DNA from: Fistulifera solaris
Taxonomy: Eukaryota
Direction of reading: 5' to 3'
Assembly: GCA_030295235.1 (NCBI GenBank)
Contig: AP026149.1
Coordinates: 496,001-560,000 of the forward strand
Length of the DNA stretch: 64,000 nt
The stretch's first letter is position 1; each line of letters opens with the position of its first letter. The notes under the pieces are model-generated. The model did no database searches. It saw only the letters and a list, made by a program, of their open reading frames with translations, and was not told where the DNA came from. This document shows, in pieces, positions 61,186 through 64,000 of the stretch. The position numbers and the translations under genes are program-made.

Positions 61186-62668
61186 TATTGAAAAAAAGGT
61201 TTGTTTCAGTCAAAAGGGAGCTTTCGTTATTTATGTGATCAAGGGTTGTTTGTTGTTTGTTGTTAGTAGTGCGTTATTACTACTTGGTGTTTCGTTTGGT
61301 GTTGCGTTCTGTGACGCTCTGAGCTGTGGGGAGTGGGGAGTTGGGAGTTGGGAGTTAGGCCTTAACGAAACGTAGCAGACCATAGTTACCAGCGCAACGG
61401 TTAGTTGAACGGAATGGCAGAGCACATCGTTGTAGTCGCCGAGGCAGTCGTGCGTTTTTCAGAAGTCTTCTTCACACATGTAGAGAAAGTACCTATTTTT
61501 TTATAATGTTGTTGTCTCCTTTTAGATTTTGGATTTCCGTAACAGTCGAAAAAGGCCTTCAATTAACAACGACCCTCATCACACCCTTCGACAAGAAACA
61601 TACACCGCCCATTTCATTGCCTATATGTTGTTTATAACAATCCTTTCTTTAGCATTAAGGTCGGCTTTCACAAAATCAAGCAGAGCCTTTACGACAATGT
61701 GGAAGTCACTCGCTTATCTTTTTCTTCTCAAGCTCGCAAACGCAGCTATTTGTACTTCACCTAACAACATCTATACAGTGCAAGTTGACCTATATGCAGG
61801 AGAATTTGGTACGTAGAAGACCATTGTTCTTCTTTCTCTTTTGCCCCATCTCGTACGCTCCTCATTCATTAGCTAATCGTACCAAATCCTCAGGGTACTT
61901 CAAATTCGAGGAGTGCGGCGACGCAGTCAATCCTACCATCGGCATGGAAATCGGGGAAAAGTATACATTTGTTCAGAATCATGTTTCGAATTACTATCAT
62001 CCTCTCGGTTTCGGGTACGTTCACGATTCTCACGGAGCGCACGCGCACGGGGACATGAGCATGGGCGGGGGCCACGCGAGTCACGGTATGGGCGGCACTA
62101 CCACCGGCACTACAACAGGCACTAGCAACACAGGCAACAACACACCAACTATAAGCAATTTCACATCTACCAGACAAAGTGATATGATGGGCATGAATCA
62201 CAGTGCGAGTACAGGGATGAATGGGACGGCGGTCGGCTCCCTGGAGCATTACTATTCGCCAACCGGCGAGTGCATGGCGTCGCTTTCCTGTCCAGCGCCT
62301 CTTCACAACAGAGGAAATACCTCCCTGGCCTTTCGACAAGGAGCGTTTGGGATCTGGGAAGAGGTTCCTGATCACGGCCTGGGTGAGTATCGTAGCTCTT
62401 TCTTTCAACCGCTCGAGGCATGGCTAGGGGAGTGGAGCGTCGAGCTGAATTTCGACGATGCTACGTTCGGGGAAGATATCTTTTATTACTGTCACATTCA
62501 CAATATGATGGCTGGTCGAATCAAGCTGTTGAGGCGCGGTGTCCCTGTGAACGATGAAGACACTCCTGCACTTCCGGAGGACTACTATAGCCCAGTTGTC
62601 AGTGACTTTGACCAGACTTGCGGTACTCATGGCCTAGCAGACTTCCAGTTACCGCATCCGCAGTGCCC
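60215..62668. repeat. Long inverted repeat: arms 60215-61186 and 61696-62668 around a 509-bp unique spacer
   Basis: Arms are reverse complements; by eye only a 1-nt T-run indel in the intron and one synonymous AAA/AAG change differ. Confidence 0.95.
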
Positions 62669-63059
62669 CGATACTTTTGTCTGTAATGCCGAGCAAATCA
62701 CCAATCCTTCGCTAGCTAACTTTGTGGACTGCTTGAATGCTATGAATTGTCACATGTTTGCTGGTATGACAACAGGAATGACAGCGTCTTCTGAGATTGC
62801 CTTGTTCTTAAATCAAATGATTCCGCATCACCAGAATGCAGTAAACATGGCCAAACTCTTGCTAAGAAGTGGCAAGGTAACCTGCGAAAATCTCAAGAAC
62901 GTAACTGACCCCATGTGCCAGCTGGAAATACTTCTGCGGGGAATCATCGGCGAGCAAAACCACCAAATCCAACTAATGCAACAAGAGCTGAAACAATATT
63001 CTCCTTTGGGGGAATGCGTCGTACATGTCACAGAAACAAGTCGCATATCAAGCAGGTAA
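61697..63059 (+). CDS. Secreted cupredoxin-like + DUF305 protein, ISIP3-like, copy B without a hydrophobic tail; intron 61809-61893
   Basis: Same N-terminal part as copy A; MIPHHQNAVNMAK..IIGEQNHQI; ends ETSRISSR. Confidence 0.8.
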
Positions 63060-63107
63060 AGGGTTTTTATTAGCGCTAACTGATAAGTCATTTTTTTACT
63101 TTCGGCG

Positions 63108-64000
63108 TCATGGACTAGATTTAAGACTTTCGACTGCTTGTTGCGGGGTAATGAAATTACAAATTACAAGCAAGTGCCTGATCTCGTTATCGTCTATTGT
63201 TGAACCGAGCCACTGTCTCCATTCATCTGGTTTGCATTGCTGAAAAGTTTGAAACAAATTAGCAAGTTTGGAATAAATTCTTTTGCATTTTTCTCGACTT
63301 CGCCACTGTAGTTGAATGGGCAAAAGCTTTAAGTAAGGAGCCAAAAAATCTTTTAGACCAAGCCGAAACCCGCACCCGAACAACACGTCCTTTGGGACAG
63401 ATGATATAATGTCCAAGAATGCGGCCCAGACTGATTCCGTGTAGGAGTAACCCCAATGGCGAACAATTACGAAAACATTCGTGTTCATGTAATGGGCCTC
63501 TAGCGGATAATCGAATCCTTCTCCATGAACCATACCTCGGGTCCCATTATCGCGTTCTGTGTTCGACGCATCGTGTTCAAGGAGCAAGGCAAAGTCCTTT
63601 CCTCTTCGAAGCACAATCAAAGGGTGTCTTCGGGCCATGTCGTTTAAAATCTTGATGGAGCGGAACTGTCCGCTGCTAATGGACTCTATAACTTCGTTAA
63701 TTTTGTCATCCAAGCTTGATACCCATTCAGAAAATTGTTCCTGAAACAATTCAGAAGCTTTCATTAAAAGTCGACGAGTTCGCTCAGGGTTGAGATCAAG
63801 CCACAAAGAATGCTTGAGGTATAATCTTAGGAAAAATGAAGAAAATACCGGTTTCAGAATAAGGTCCGTGTCAGCTTTAATCTCAGCAATAACATTTCGA
63901 GTGACTGATTCAAAAGGCGATTTTCCCAAACTAGATACCCACAATCCGAAATCGAAACCGAGTGCGGCGTGACTGTCGTGTATAGATGCAGCGCATTTCA
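63108..64000 (-). CDS. 3' part of a large helical protein, possibly Integrator subunit 1-like; 5' end lies outside the window
   Basis: Long open frame; MARRHPLIVLR resembles the INTS1 C-terminal HPLLLLR motif. Confidence 0.4.
   Translation of the reverse strand, partial: KCAASIHDSHAALGFDFGLWVSSLGKSPFESVTRNVIAEIKADTDLILKPVFSSFFLRLYLKHSLWLDLNPERTRRLLMKASELFQEQFSEWVSSLDDKINEVIESISSGQFRSIKILNDMARRHPLIVLRRGKDFALLLEHDASNTERDNGTRGMVHGEGFDYPLEAHYMNTNVFVIVRHWGYSYTESVWAAFLDIISSVPKDVLFGCGFRLGLKDFLAPYLKLLPIQLQWRSREKCKRIYSKLANLFQTFQQCKPDEWRQWLGSTIDDNEIRHLLVICNFITPQQAVESLKSSP

Noticed and set aside
61340..61359. GTTGGGA/GTTAGG repeats as an interstitial telomere
   Set aside because: Only 2-3 imperfect 7-bp units, not TTAGGG tandem repeats; kept only as a G4 candidate.

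Overview
Gene-dense eukaryotic nuclear DNA from a diatom, most like a raphid pennate such as Fistulifera (inferred from short GT-AG introns, signal peptide + 'AF' plastid presequences and diatom-typical families). It holds about 38 protein genes, mostly housekeeping (PrimPol, PP1, SmB, NHP2, CSN5, PSMA5, U1A/U2B'', H+-PPase, homoserine dehydrogenase, NCBP2). Many are split by single-base indels in homopolymers, which points to sequencing error rather than pseudogenes. Most notable: (1) a TIR- and TA-bounded DD39D mariner (5517-7593) whose transposase appears to continue into a C4HC3 PHD-like zinc finger; (2) a head-to-head pair of secreted cupredoxin-like + DUF305 (ISIP3-like) genes whose 5' ~970 bp form a near-perfect inverted repeat while their 3' halves diverge; (3) a strongly over-represented, mostly intergenic palindrome family TA-CC(W)GG-TA resembling stacked transposon excision footprints; (4) two related arrays of a ~34-bp unit 30 kb apart, both in divergent promoters; (5) a GAF-receiver hybrid kinase remnant lacking its kinase core. 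No rRNA, tRNA or CRISPR was recognised. All family calls come from motif recognition, not database searches.
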